Assembly (NCBI RefSeq): GCF_009827135.1
Contig: NZ_CP046534.1
Coordinates: 270,001 to 302,000 of the forward strand
Length of the DNA: 32,000 bases
Reading direction: 5' to 3'
From: Blochmannia endosymbiont of Camponotus nipponensis
Lineage (GTDB): Bacteria > Pseudomonadota > Gammaproteobacteria > Enterobacterales > Enterobacteriaceae
Under the pieces are notes generated by a model. It ran no database searches. It was not told the DNA's origin and worked only from the letters and a program-made list of their open reading frames with translations. How positions within the stretch are numbered: position 1 is the first letter of the stretch; the number at the start of each line of letters is the position of its first letter. Made by a program: the position numbers and the translations under genes. This document shows positions 22,586-31,812 of this stretch, in pieces.

Positions 22586-22968
22586 AGCAAACTACTTCTT
22601 AAATATTTTTAAGAAATACAATATTAATGAAATAGCAGTCATTTATATTTCCTTCAATCCTTCTTAAATAAAAAAATAAAAAATTTAATATAAAATAGAT
22701 TCAATTTTTGTACATACCTAGTGTATATATTCTCCTAAAAATTACAAATAACACTTATAAAAAACATATCTAATCTTCAAACATCAAATATTTAAAACTA
22801 CACAACAATAAAAATATAAATTTACTAATAAATAATACTCATTTGTATCATTTTTATTTTAAAACACCAATTAACACGAATTATGTTACAAACAAAATGT
22901 AAATTCCTTAATTTCCATAACTATTCTATTAAATTTTTCAAAAACTAATAAAATCTACAAACATATTC

Positions 22969-23445
22969 TTAACAATATTTAACCTGAATAATTTTATATC
23001 TTATCTCCCCTTTTGGAGTATTAATATGAACAATATCCCCTTCTTTATGACCAATCAAACCCCTGGCAATAGGGGAATGAATAGAAATCATATGCTCCTT
23101 GAGATTGGCCTCATCATCCCCCACAATACTATATGTATGTCTATATGCTGTATCCAAGTTTTCAATACCAACCGTAGCACCAAACACTACTCTATCATCA
23201 GTAATTAACTTAGTAACATCTATAATATATGCATGAAAAAGTTTAGATTCTATTTCTTGAATACGACCCTCACAAAATCCTTGTTGTTCACGAGCAGCAT
23301 GATATTCAGCGTTTTCTTTTAAATCACCGTGCCCACGCGCTTCAGAAATATTTTTTATAATTTCCGGACGACGAATATTTTTTAAATAATCTAGTTCTTC
23401 TTTTAATTTTTCAGCTCCACGTAAAGTCATAGGTATATACTGCAT
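22969..23445 (-). CDS. greA: transcript cleavage factor GreA
   Basis: 158 aa. [19 protein letters not shown] and [23 protein letters not shown] are nearly identical to E. coli GreA (158 aa). ATG start with an AAGGT Shine-Dalgarno sequence. Confidence 0.97.
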   Translation of the reverse strand: MQYIPMTLRGAEKLKEELDYLKNIRRPEIIKNISEARGHGDLKENAEYHAAREQQGFCEGRIQEIESKLFHAYIIDVTKLITDDRVVFGATVGIENLDTAYRHTYSIVGDDEANLKEHMISIHSPIARGLIGHKEGDIVHINTPKGEIRYKIIQVKYC

Positions 23446-23691
23446 GTTTTACCTTCATCATATATATTACATACGTTTTGAAAAAATAAACCCATCTATG
23501 TAATACTTTACATGATTAACAAAATATTACACATTTCGGTCTTTCAACAACACTACTATATCTAATTTCTAATAATCTGATTACAAACATATTGCTTTAA
23601 TACATATACACTATCTTATAAATAACCCTTTTCTACAGAAAACATGTAAAATTCTAATACCACAATATTAAAAATCTAAAATTAACAACTA

Positions 23692-23719
23692 TTATGTGTA
23701 TTATTCATAATACACATAA
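23692..23719 (-). terminator. candidate hairpin/terminator: perfect 13-bp inverted repeat downstream of obgE
   Basis: TTATGTGTATTAT-tc-ATAATACACATAA. All 13 pairs were checked base by base. It lies 33 nt past the obgE stop, and the minus-strand 3' flank is U-rich (tagttgttaattttagattttt). The function is inferred. Confidence 0.3.
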
Positions 23720-23751
23720 CAAAACTAATTTCACCATACTGTTGTATTATC

Positions 23752-24801
23752 TTACGCATATGAAGAAATATATTCTTGATTGCTAGTCTGATGATTAATA
23801 AACTGCATGATACTATTACATAAGAACAATACATTAATGTTGTGTTTAGAAGATATAGAATAATATCGCCCTTTCCATTTTAAGGCACTAATAATATATT
23901 CAATCCTTTTTTCAGCTACATATTTCTCTAGTAAATCTATTTTATTAAAAACTAACCAACAAGGTTTACAAATCAAATGTTCATTATAGTTACTTAACTC
24001 GTGTTTAATAGTCACAATATTTTCTAATGGATCAGAGTTATCTACAGGAGCAATATCAATAAAATGTAGCAAAATTTGACAATGTTCTAGATGTTTTAAA
24101 AACCGTATCCCTAATCCTGCTCCATTAGAGGCACCTTTAATAATACCAGGAATATCTGCAATAACAAACCTATCATAACTATTAATCTGTACTACACCTA
24201 AATGCGGCACCAATGTAGTAAATGGATAATCTGCTACTTTTGGTTTAGCTGATGATACTATACGAATAAAACTAGATTTTCCAGAATTGGGTAATCCAAG
24301 TAACCCAACATTTGCTATAAGAAGAGATTCTAATAGCAAATGTTGGGTTACTCCCACAGCCCCATGTGTATTACAAAGTTCTTTACGACAACGTAAAGAA
24401 TACTTAAAATGTCCATTACCTAAACCATGCCTTCCTCCTGTAGCTACCTTTAAACACTTTTGGTGACTACCCATATCTCCCAATAACTTATCTGTTTTTT
24501 GATAACTCACTCTAGTTCCCCACGGAACTTTCACAATAACATCTTTTCCTTTTTTACCAGTACAACCACGACCACGACCACATTGACCATGACCAGCCCT
24601 AAAAACACGGTTAGAATAAAAGTAATGTAAAGTATTCATATTAGGATCTGCTAATAACCAAACATCACCACCATCTCCTCCATTGCTACCATTAGGTTTT
24701 TTTAAAAAAGATGTTCTCCTTCCTGTTCTTTGAAAACTAACACAACCATTCCCTCCATTACCAGAAACAACCATAATGTTGACCATATCGACGAATTTCA
24801 T
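23752..24801 (-). CDS. obgE: GTPase ObgE/CgtA (lacks the acidic C-terminal tail)
   Basis: 349 aa versus 390 aa in E. coli. MKFVD N-terminus, a glycine-rich Obg fold, and G1 GLPNSGKS, G3 DIPG and G4 NKID motifs. Confidence 0.95.
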   Translation of the reverse strand: MKFVDMVNIMVVSGNGGNGCVSFQRTGRRTSFLKKPNGSNGGDGGDVWLLADPNMNTLHYFYSNRVFRAGHGQCGRGRGCTGKKGKDVIVKVPWGTRVSYQKTDKLLGDMGSHQKCLKVATGGRHGLGNGHFKYSLRCRKELCNTHGAVGVTQHLLLESLLIANVGLLGLPNSGKSSFIRIVSSAKPKVADYPFTTLVPHLGVVQINSYDRFVIADIPGIIKGASNGAGLGIRFLKHLEHCQILLHFIDIAPVDNSDPLENIVTIKHELSNYNEHLICKPCWLVFNKIDLLEKYVAEKRIEYIISALKWKGRYYSISSKHNINVLFLCNSIMQFINHQTSNQEYISSYA

Positions 24802-25357
24802 AATATATCTCTAACACATATCTACATTTTATAATATATAAAACCATCGTTTAATAACTTAATATCTGCATATATAATGAAGTGTGTGCATCCTATTAAA
24901 TCATCTTTTTAATATTTTATTTACTATACGCAACGAATAAAACGCATCATTTTTATTCTTAACAAAAACTCAATTATGAATAATCTAAAAATAACAAAAT
25001 TACTATAATTTCAATAAAACATACCCAATCTATATATGTTATACACAAAATTATAACATAAGTGTAAATATATAAGTTATAAAAATTACGCGTCTAAATA
25101 ATACTTAGATTTCCTATATCCCTACCATATTTTGTAACAAAAACTATATCCTAAAATCCAAATGAACACTTAATCTCATTGTCTTAATCACTCCTTTTTA
25201 CTCCATAAAAAATAATATATCACTGGTAAAATACCAACACTATCATTACTATAATTCTATAACCAAAACTAAAATAGTTCTGATTAAACCCATTTATTTA
25301 CTTTATATAAAATAATAAAATTAATTATTACATAACAATATTAACAATTTTAAGTTT

Positions 25358-25618
25358 TTATTCGTCAGAAACAATACTAATAAACCTACGACGCCATGCT
25401 CCCTTTTTTTCAAATAAAACTTTTCCAGATTTTAAAGCAAAAAGAGTATAATCTCTTCCACAGCCTACATCCTTTCCTGGATGAAACGTATTGCCACGTT
25501 GACGCACAATAATAGAACCTGAAGATACAAACTCACCTCCAAAACGTTTCACTCCTAAACGTTTACTATGTGAATCCCGACCATTACGAGTAGAGCCACC
25601 GGCTTTTTTATGTGCCAT
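25358..25618 (-). CDS. rpmA: 50S ribosomal protein L27
   Basis: 86 aa. [29 protein letters not shown] is nearly identical to E. coli L27. It starts 16 nt downstream of rplU. Confidence 0.97.
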   Translation of the reverse strand: MAHKKAGGSTRNGRDSHSKRLGVKRFGGEFVSSGSIIVRQRGNTFHPGKDVGCGRDYTLFALKSGKVLFEKKGAWRRRFISIVSDE

Positions 25619-25634
25619 TTTTATTCCCTATTTT

Positions 25635-25961
25635 TTAATTATTCAGATTGTAACCATTTATACTTATTATTTGTATAGTTGTAAAACATTGACGATGTCC
25701 TTGAAATTTACGAAAATGTTTACGACGTCTAAATTTAATAATCTCTATTTTTCGATCCAAACTTTGAGCGGTAATTTTTGCTATAATTTGCCCTTTTTTT
25801 ATAAAAGGATCCCCTATAAGCAGGTATTCTTCATCTTTAATAAGTAATATTTGACTAAACATAACTTGATCACCAACGTCAATATCAAGCCTTTCTACAT
25901 GAATTACCTGACCTTCATTAACACGATACTGTTTACTACCAATTTGAAAAACTGCATACAT
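25635..25961 (-). CDS. rplU: 50S ribosomal protein L21
   Basis: 108 aa. MYAVFQIGSKQYRVNEGQVI and KIEIIKFRRRKHFRKFQGHRQ match E. coli L21. Confidence 0.96.
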   Translation of the reverse strand: MYAVFQIGSKQYRVNEGQVIHVERLDIDVGDQVMFSQILLIKDEEYLLIGDPFIKKGQIIAKITAQSLDRKIEIIKFRRRKHFRKFQGHRQCFTTIQIISINGYNLNN

Positions 25962-26158
25962 AAATAATCATCCATCTCTTGTACATAATCTGATATTATT
26001 TCTATATACGTTCTTATACATTAAAAAAAACTGTTTCACAACACAATAATAAAATTTACATACATTACTCATAGTATAGTTTAATTTAACATAAGTCATT
26101 TTTTGCATATGTAAGTATAATACATTACACCTGACATTTGATAACTATAATAACATCA

Positions 26159-27130
26159 ATGAATATTAACCAAATCTCTGAACTAACTAAACAAGATATG
26201 GCGGATGTAAATTCAGAAATCCGCACACGATTAACATCTGACATTACTTTAATTAATAAACTTGTTCAATATATTGTTAATAGCGGCGGAAAACGAATTC
26301 GACCAATGATTACGTTATTAATTGCGAGAGCATTACACTATAAAAAAGTACAACATGTTACCATCGCCACGTTAATAGAATTTATTCATACTGCTACTTT
26401 ATTACATGATGATGTAGTGGATAAATCACATATGAGGCGCGGTAAAATAACTACTAATATGATCTTTGGTAATACTGCTAGTATATTAGTAGGAGATTTT
26501 ATATATACACGAGCCTTTCAAATGATGACTGAATTAGAATCCTTACGAATATTGTCTTTAATGGCAGATGCTGTTAATATCATAGCAGAAGGAGAAATGT
26601 TACAATTAACAAATCGCAATAATCCATCTATTACTATAGATAATTACATGAAAATTATTTACAGCAAAACTGCTCGTTTATTTGAAGTAGCTTCTCAATC
26701 ATCCGCTATTCTAGCCGATGCCAATGCTTATCAAGAAAAAGCATTACGTAATTATGGACGATACGTAGGAATTGCTTTTCAATTAATTGATGATTTATTA
26801 GACTATAATGCATCAGAAACAATATTTGGAAAAAATATTGGAAATGATTTAAATGAAGGAAAACCCACTCTCCCTTTACTACATGCTATTCATCATAGTA
26901 CTCCAAAACAGGCATTACTTATACGTCAAGCCATAAAACAAGGTAACAATCGCCATTCGTTAAATATCATTCTAGATACAATGAATCAACATGGATCATT
27001 AGAATATACTCGACAACGCGCTGAAACAGAAATTAACAAAGCTATTTCTTGTCTTAAAATTTTACCTCCTTCTCCTTATAGACAAGCATTGGCAAGTTTA
27101 GCTACTTATGTAATTCAAAGAATCCATTAG
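26159..27130 (+). CDS. ispB: octaprenyl diphosphate synthase
   Basis: From the ATG at 26159 (MNINQISELTKQDMADVN...), which gives 323 aa, the E. coli IspB length. The track start at 26138 is an upstream TTG. Both aspartate-rich motifs are present (LLHDDVVD and FQLIDDLLD). Confidence 0.95.
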   Translation: MNINQISELTKQDMADVNSEIRTRLTSDITLINKLVQYIVNSGGKRIRPMITLLIARALHYKKVQHVTIATLIEFIHTATLLHDDVVDKSHMRRGKITTNMIFGNTASILVGDFIYTRAFQMMTELESLRILSLMADAVNIIAEGEMLQLTNRNNPSITIDNYMKIIYSKTARLFEVASQSSAILADANAYQEKALRNYGRYVGIAFQLIDDLLDYNASETIFGKNIGNDLNEGKPTLPLLHAIHHSTPKQALLIRQAIKQGNNRHSLNIILDTMNQHGSLEYTRQRAETEINKAISCLKILPPSPYRQALASLATYVIQRIH

Positions 27131-27227
27131 TTTTATATTTCAAAAGCTACAAATATATTGAGACCAACAATCATATACACAGAACTCAGAAAACTATAAT
27201 TGGAATAGCTATCAGCTATAATATGCT

Positions 27228-27289
27228 TTTTTTCATAAAAATATGAAAAAATCTTTCTTATGCTTATAAGCATACAATCAGCATTGTAT
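27228..27289 (+). repeat. cluster of three hairpins/palindromes in the ispB-ppa spacer
   Basis: A 10-bp stem TTTTTTCATA/TATGAAAAAA (27228-27251, loop AAAA). A 16-bp perfect palindrome TATGCTTATAAGCATA (27259-27274). A 7-bp stem ATACAAT-cagc-ATTGTAT (27272-27289). Any role as the ispB terminator or a ppa regulatory site is speculative. Confidence 0.4.
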
Positions 27290-27368
27290 ACATAATATAT
27301 TGATTATAAAATATAAATGACATATGATTACTTTTTAATAACTTATTACTTATATATAGGCAATATAG

Positions 27369-27902
27369 ATGTCCTTTCACCAAATTCCGGCAGGAAAAAA
27401 TATTCCAGAAGACATATATGTTATTATTGAGATTCCAGCTCATTCTGATCCAATTAAATATGAAATTAACAAAAAAACAGGAATAGTATTCGTTGATCGT
27501 TTTTTATTAACACCTATGTTTTACCCTTGTAATTATGGCTATATTAATAATACCCTATCCTTAGACGGAGATCCAGTAGATATTTTAGTACCTACTCCAT
27601 ATCCTTTACGATCAGGTTGTGTAATACGTTGTCGACCTATCGGTATACTCAATATGATAGACGAATCTGGAGAAGATGCTAAAATCATTGCAGTTCCTCA
27701 TGATAAAATATCAGAACAATATTCTTTAATAAAAGATATAAATGATATTCCAGATTTATTACGCAAACAAATCAATCATTTTTTTAAAAATTACAAAGAT
27801 TTAGATTCTGGAAAATGGGTAAAAATAAAAAGTTGGGGCAACATTAATGCTGCTAAAACAGAAATTTTAAACTCTTTTGAACGTTTTAAAAACAACATAT
27901 AA
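27369..27902 (+). CDS. ppa: inorganic pyrophosphatase
   Basis: 177 aa. [21 protein letters not shown] and [25 protein letters not shown] are nearly identical to E. coli PPase (176 aa). Confidence 0.97.
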   Translation: MSFHQIPAGKNIPEDIYVIIEIPAHSDPIKYEINKKTGIVFVDRFLLTPMFYPCNYGYINNTLSLDGDPVDILVPTPYPLRSGCVIRCRPIGILNMIDESGEDAKIIAVPHDKISEQYSLIKDINDIPDLLRKQINHFFKNYKDLDSGKWVKIKSWGNINAAKTEILNSFERFKNNI

Positions 27903-27972
27903 TTTTATACGTATATATGTTTATATCACACATAATAGGTAATGCTTTATACTATTGCTAAATACAAAATAA

Positions 27973-30900
27973 TTAAAAAGCAAATTTATATAATACATCA
28001 ATTGCTTGATTGCTTCCAGATGTAACTTCTAAATAGAGTTGTGAACACAAGCAATAACGTGCAGTTATTATTGTCAATAAATCAAAAATACTAACTCCAT
28101 ATTTAATTTGTAAACCGGGAGCGATATATCCGCTTAACGCAACCCACGAAGCAATACCAAAATCTTGAGTATTTAATGTCAACTCTTGCACACCAAATAC
28201 CTTTCCTATTTTATTAATCAACTTTTCACTACTCTTAATACTTGCTCCAATTAATAAAGACGTCGCTAGATTAGCATCTGTATTAGAAGTTACTACATTG
28301 TTGTTCCTATCGAATAAATAAGAAATTACTTCCTGCGGAGAAAAAGACAATGAATTAGAGAAAGTTTCTATTTTGAGTTGACTAAAAATACCAGTAACTC
28401 GTATACCAATTACACTCCCATTTTTAATATTAGACGAATCACAAACTGCTTCAACATCAAGATATGGTTGATTTATTGCCCCAGAAAATAGTAATTGTCC
28501 CTTTTTTATTATTAAATTTTGTCCATATGCTTGAAAATGACCAGAAGGTATATCAACATTCCCCGTTAATGCTATATGATTGTTATTATATCGAATTCCT
28601 AAATTACCCCTTAATTTCATACGCAAACCGAATCCATTGAAATGCACATCATTACCAAGACGCACATTGATATCGGAAGATACAGAAATAAACAAATTTT
28701 TAGAATCATCTGAAATAGGTATGAAATTATCATCTAACAAAATTTCCTCTGAAGAAATGCTTATTATATTTTTTGAATATTCCTTCGCCTTAATATAAGC
28801 CCAAGGAATTTCTATATTCCCTTGTATATGAATTTTTTTTGAAGTAATAGTACAAATAATATCAGGAGACATTTTTACCATTATATCGGGAGATGCACAA
28901 AAATTAACTTGATTGCCTCGTATTTTAAAAAATACACGTATATTACTAATAGAATTAAAATTAATAATATCACCATCTAAATACAACCTACATCCATAAT
29001 CTGTATCTATTATTCCATTTAATACAGCATGATCCCCAAAAAAATTTATGAATAAGACTCCGTTTTTAAAAAAAAATGGAGTCTTAGGTTGATTAATACT
29101 AAAATTTTGTAACCGAGCTGAACCATGAATGCGTAATTGATGTATATATCCATAAAAATGAATATTTAAATTTAATAATCCACTTACAGGTTTTTTCAAG
29201 CAAACCAATAAATTACAAAAAGGAACCAACAAAATATTTTTAATCTGCACATTACCCTCTATTTTAGATGTATTGGATAATGTAGTATCTATTCTTAACG
29301 TTCCAGAACTTTCATCATCATCTCCAATATTCATACCCCACTTACAATATACATCCTTTTGAGTTAATACAGCCTTTACCTTTATGTTATTAATTTTAAT
29401 CACAGTAGTCTTTGCTTCTTTGATAGAAGACTTTATATAAAATCGTTTTCCTGACAATGAAATTGTACCCCTAGGTAACAAAGCGCCCCATGTCCAATAA
29501 CAATTGGTACAATATATACGAACAGCGTTTACACTTATTAATTCTGGCAATAAAATTTTTAAAGAAACTAAATTAAAATTTTTCAATAAATCATTCACTT
29601 TATTTAATATGTTAATTTTTAAAACATTAGACACAGGAATTACGCAATCAATACCTTCCCAAAAATGCGAATCAACAATCATTTTCCGAGTTAAATATTG
29701 ATAAGTAAGAACAACATCCTGCATTAATTTCCACGTTCCTATTGCAGTAATAATACTTGTTTTATAAATTCTACTATTCCAATGTTTATGAACAAAATCT
29801 ACATGACCACACAATTTTATTTCTCCAGACAACATATCACCATCAGTTATTAAACGTACAAAATGTTGCTTAATATTACCTTTTCCTTGTACAATTAACT
29901 TACGTAAAGAAAACATTCCGTATCTTATCTTATCTGCTTGAAAAAAAAATTTGCTTGGTTGACCAACATCACAACAAACGTCGCTATTCACTGTTATTTT
30001 ATCGATATTAAGATCCTTATCTCTCCAACATAAAGAACATACATCCATGCTCAATAACAATCTAGCACATCTAAAAGGACCATATAATTTAAATTTTCCA
30101 TATACACTTCCACTTAATTCAGGTACAATTGTACTGAGATCTGGAGCTACAAGCATTATATTACAAACAGACGCTTCTTCCTTTAAGTCTCCTTTTATTT
30201 CTAACATGTTAGAGCCCCACTTGATTGATAATGCAGGAATTTTCCATTTCCCAATTGAATTGATATATAATGCGCCTATACATGAGATACGATTATTTTC
30301 TATACTCCCATGGAGATTTACGTTGGACACCACTACATCCCAAATATTAGAACACAAACGCCCCTGATTAGTAATATTGCCTGATAATTTGATAGGATAT
30401 TTCAACCATTTTTGAAAAATATTGATTTTATTTAATACAAATACACTATTCCAACTAATCATATCGTTCCAATTCACCACTCCTTTCATCTCAATATATC
30501 CATCCAAAACGGTTGCTCTCAATTTAGAAATAATACAACCATTAACATCTCCTTGAACATCCATAACTATACGTGCTGATGAAAATGTGGCACCACTTAA
30601 TTTCGAAGTTACTTGAATACAATAATTTCGTACTCCACCATCTAAATAAAAATCAAACTCTTCTACCAAAGCATCATTCTTTCCCAAAAAATAAAGTGGT
30701 ATTTTTCTGCCCACCACAGATATACTTATAGGCACACCAAATTGCATTATCCTAGTTTTTAATAATACATGCACTGTAGCAATAGCACCTAAAAAATCAC
30801 ATTTAAGGCATAACTCATTATACAACTCCCCCGTAATAACTAATTTTATCTGACTTACATCTCTATTCTCAATATTATCAGAACTGCTGCTAGTATTAAT

Positions 30901-31812
30901 AGCATCACATAAAATATAATTAGCTATGATGTTTATTGGGTAATACTCTTGAAATATTACATTACCTGTTATGTTAAAATAACCGTATGGTAATTTAATG
31001 TTCAATTTAATATTTGCAACCTGATTACATAAATATGTTTGTAAAAAAAAATAATTAACTACATAACGATGGTTATATTTATCAAAAATATAACAATTCT
31101 CTCCTTTTATATCCTCTACAATGATATTTAAAGGAATATTGCAATAAGACAATGTTGTTAATAATTGATTAGATAATGATCTTAATAAAAACTTTATATT
31201 CCAATTACTACTATACCTATATATATTTATCGCGTTAGTTTTAACATTTGACATATTTATATCAGTAATATTTACAACCGCTCCTTTGATATTTACAGGC
31301 AACACTGTCAATAAATTATTTTGAAATATCAATCCAGCATCTAATTTTATTAACTCAAATATAACATTATTTACTTTAATACGAGTATTATGCAATGTCA
31401 CATTTTTTAATATTATAGGAAAGGGAACAGAAAAAATATTATCTTTTTTTATTTTTTCATATCTTTTATGTTCTTTATGTATCATATCAGTTTTATTTAT
31501 TTTTATATGAACATTTTCTAAAAAAAGATGATCAATATATATCTGTTTATTCCATATACATTTTAGATTTAAAAAAATATTACATTTATCAACGGCAATT
31601 GTACCCATTGATGTATTGTATACCATATTATTTATATTGAAATCACCCCACCCGCCAGAAACAGAATCAAATTTCAATCCAGGAATACAATATGTAATAC
31701 CTGTGAGAGTTAAATATGTTCCTACATTAGTGCCTAATAAAAATATAAAAACTCCACACATCATTACAGTCCATAATAAAAAAATCACACAGATTTTATT
31801 TATAAAGCTCAT
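27973..31812 (-). CDS. tamB: translocation and assembly module inner-membrane subunit TamB (AsmA-like, DUF490 C-terminus)
   Basis: 1279 aa versus 1259 aa in E. coli. It has an N-terminal signal anchor, and the C-terminal blocks are collinear with E. coli TamB: GNVDIPSGHFQAYGQNLIIKKGQLLFSG, QPYLDVEA, VSGYIAPGLQIKYGVSIFD, and an end of LYKFAF versus LYQFEF. It lies directly downstream of tamA. Confidence 0.9.
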   Translation of the reverse strand: MSFINKICVIFLLWTVMMCGVFIFLLGTNVGTYLTLTGITYCIPGLKFDSVSGGWGDFNINNMVYNTSMGTIAVDKCNIFLNLKCIWNKQIYIDHLFLENVHIKINKTDMIHKEHKRYEKIKKDNIFSVPFPIILKNVTLHNTRIKVNNVIFELIKLDAGLIFQNNLLTVLPVNIKGAVVNITDINMSNVKTNAINIYRYSSNWNIKFLLRSLSNQLLTTLSYCNIPLNIIVEDIKGENCYIFDKYNHRYVVNYFFLQTYLCNQVANIKLNIKLPYGYFNITGNVIFQEYYPINIIANYILCDAINTSSSSDNIENRDVSQIKLVITGELYNELCLKCDFLGAIATVHVLLKTRIMQFGVPISISVVGRKIPLYFLGKNDALVEEFDFYLDGGVRNYCIQVTSKLSGATFSSARIVMDVQGDVNGCIISKLRATVLDGYIEMKGVVNWNDMISWNSVFVLNKINIFQKWLKYPIKLSGNITNQGRLCSNIWDVVVSNVNLHGSIENNRISCIGALYINSIGKWKIPALSIKWGSNMLEIKGDLKEEASVCNIMLVAPDLSTIVPELSGSVYGKFKLYGPFRCARLLLSMDVCSLCWRDKDLNIDKITVNSDVCCDVGQPSKFFFQADKIRYGMFSLRKLIVQGKGNIKQHFVRLITDGDMLSGEIKLCGHVDFVHKHWNSRIYKTSIITAIGTWKLMQDVVLTYQYLTRKMIVDSHFWEGIDCVIPVSNVLKINILNKVNDLLKNFNLVSLKILLPELISVNAVRIYCTNCYWTWGALLPRGTISLSGKRFYIKSSIKEAKTTVIKINNIKVKAVLTQKDVYCKWGMNIGDDDESSGTLRIDTTLSNTSKIEGNVQIKNILLVPFCNLLVCLKKPVSGLLNLNIHFYGYIHQLRIHGSARLQNFSINQPKTPFFFKNGVLFINFFGDHAVLNGIIDTDYGCRLYLDGDIINFNSISNIRVFFKIRGNQVNFCASPDIMVKMSPDIICTITSKKIHIQGNIEIPWAYIKAKEYSKNIISISSEEILLDDNFIPISDDSKNLFISVSSDINVRLGNDVHFNGFGLRMKLRGNLGIRYNNNHIALTGNVDIPSGHFQAYGQNLIIKKGQLLFSGAINQPYLDVEAVCDSSNIKNGSVIGIRVTGIFSQLKIETFSNSLSFSPQEVISYLFDRNNNVVTSNTDANLATSLLIGASIKSSEKLINKIGKVFGVQELTLNTQDFGIASWVALSGYIAPGLQIKYGVSIFDLLTIITARYCLCSQLYLEVTSGSNQAIDVLYKFAF

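Noticed and set aside
31809-31812. Possibility of an alternative genetic code (UGA read as Trp), as in some tiny symbiont genomes.
   Set aside because: tamA ends at the homologous C-terminus (…LGPDL) with TGA. All conserved Trp residues I checked are encoded by TGG. No conserved gene needs read-through of TGA, so the standard bacterial code fits.
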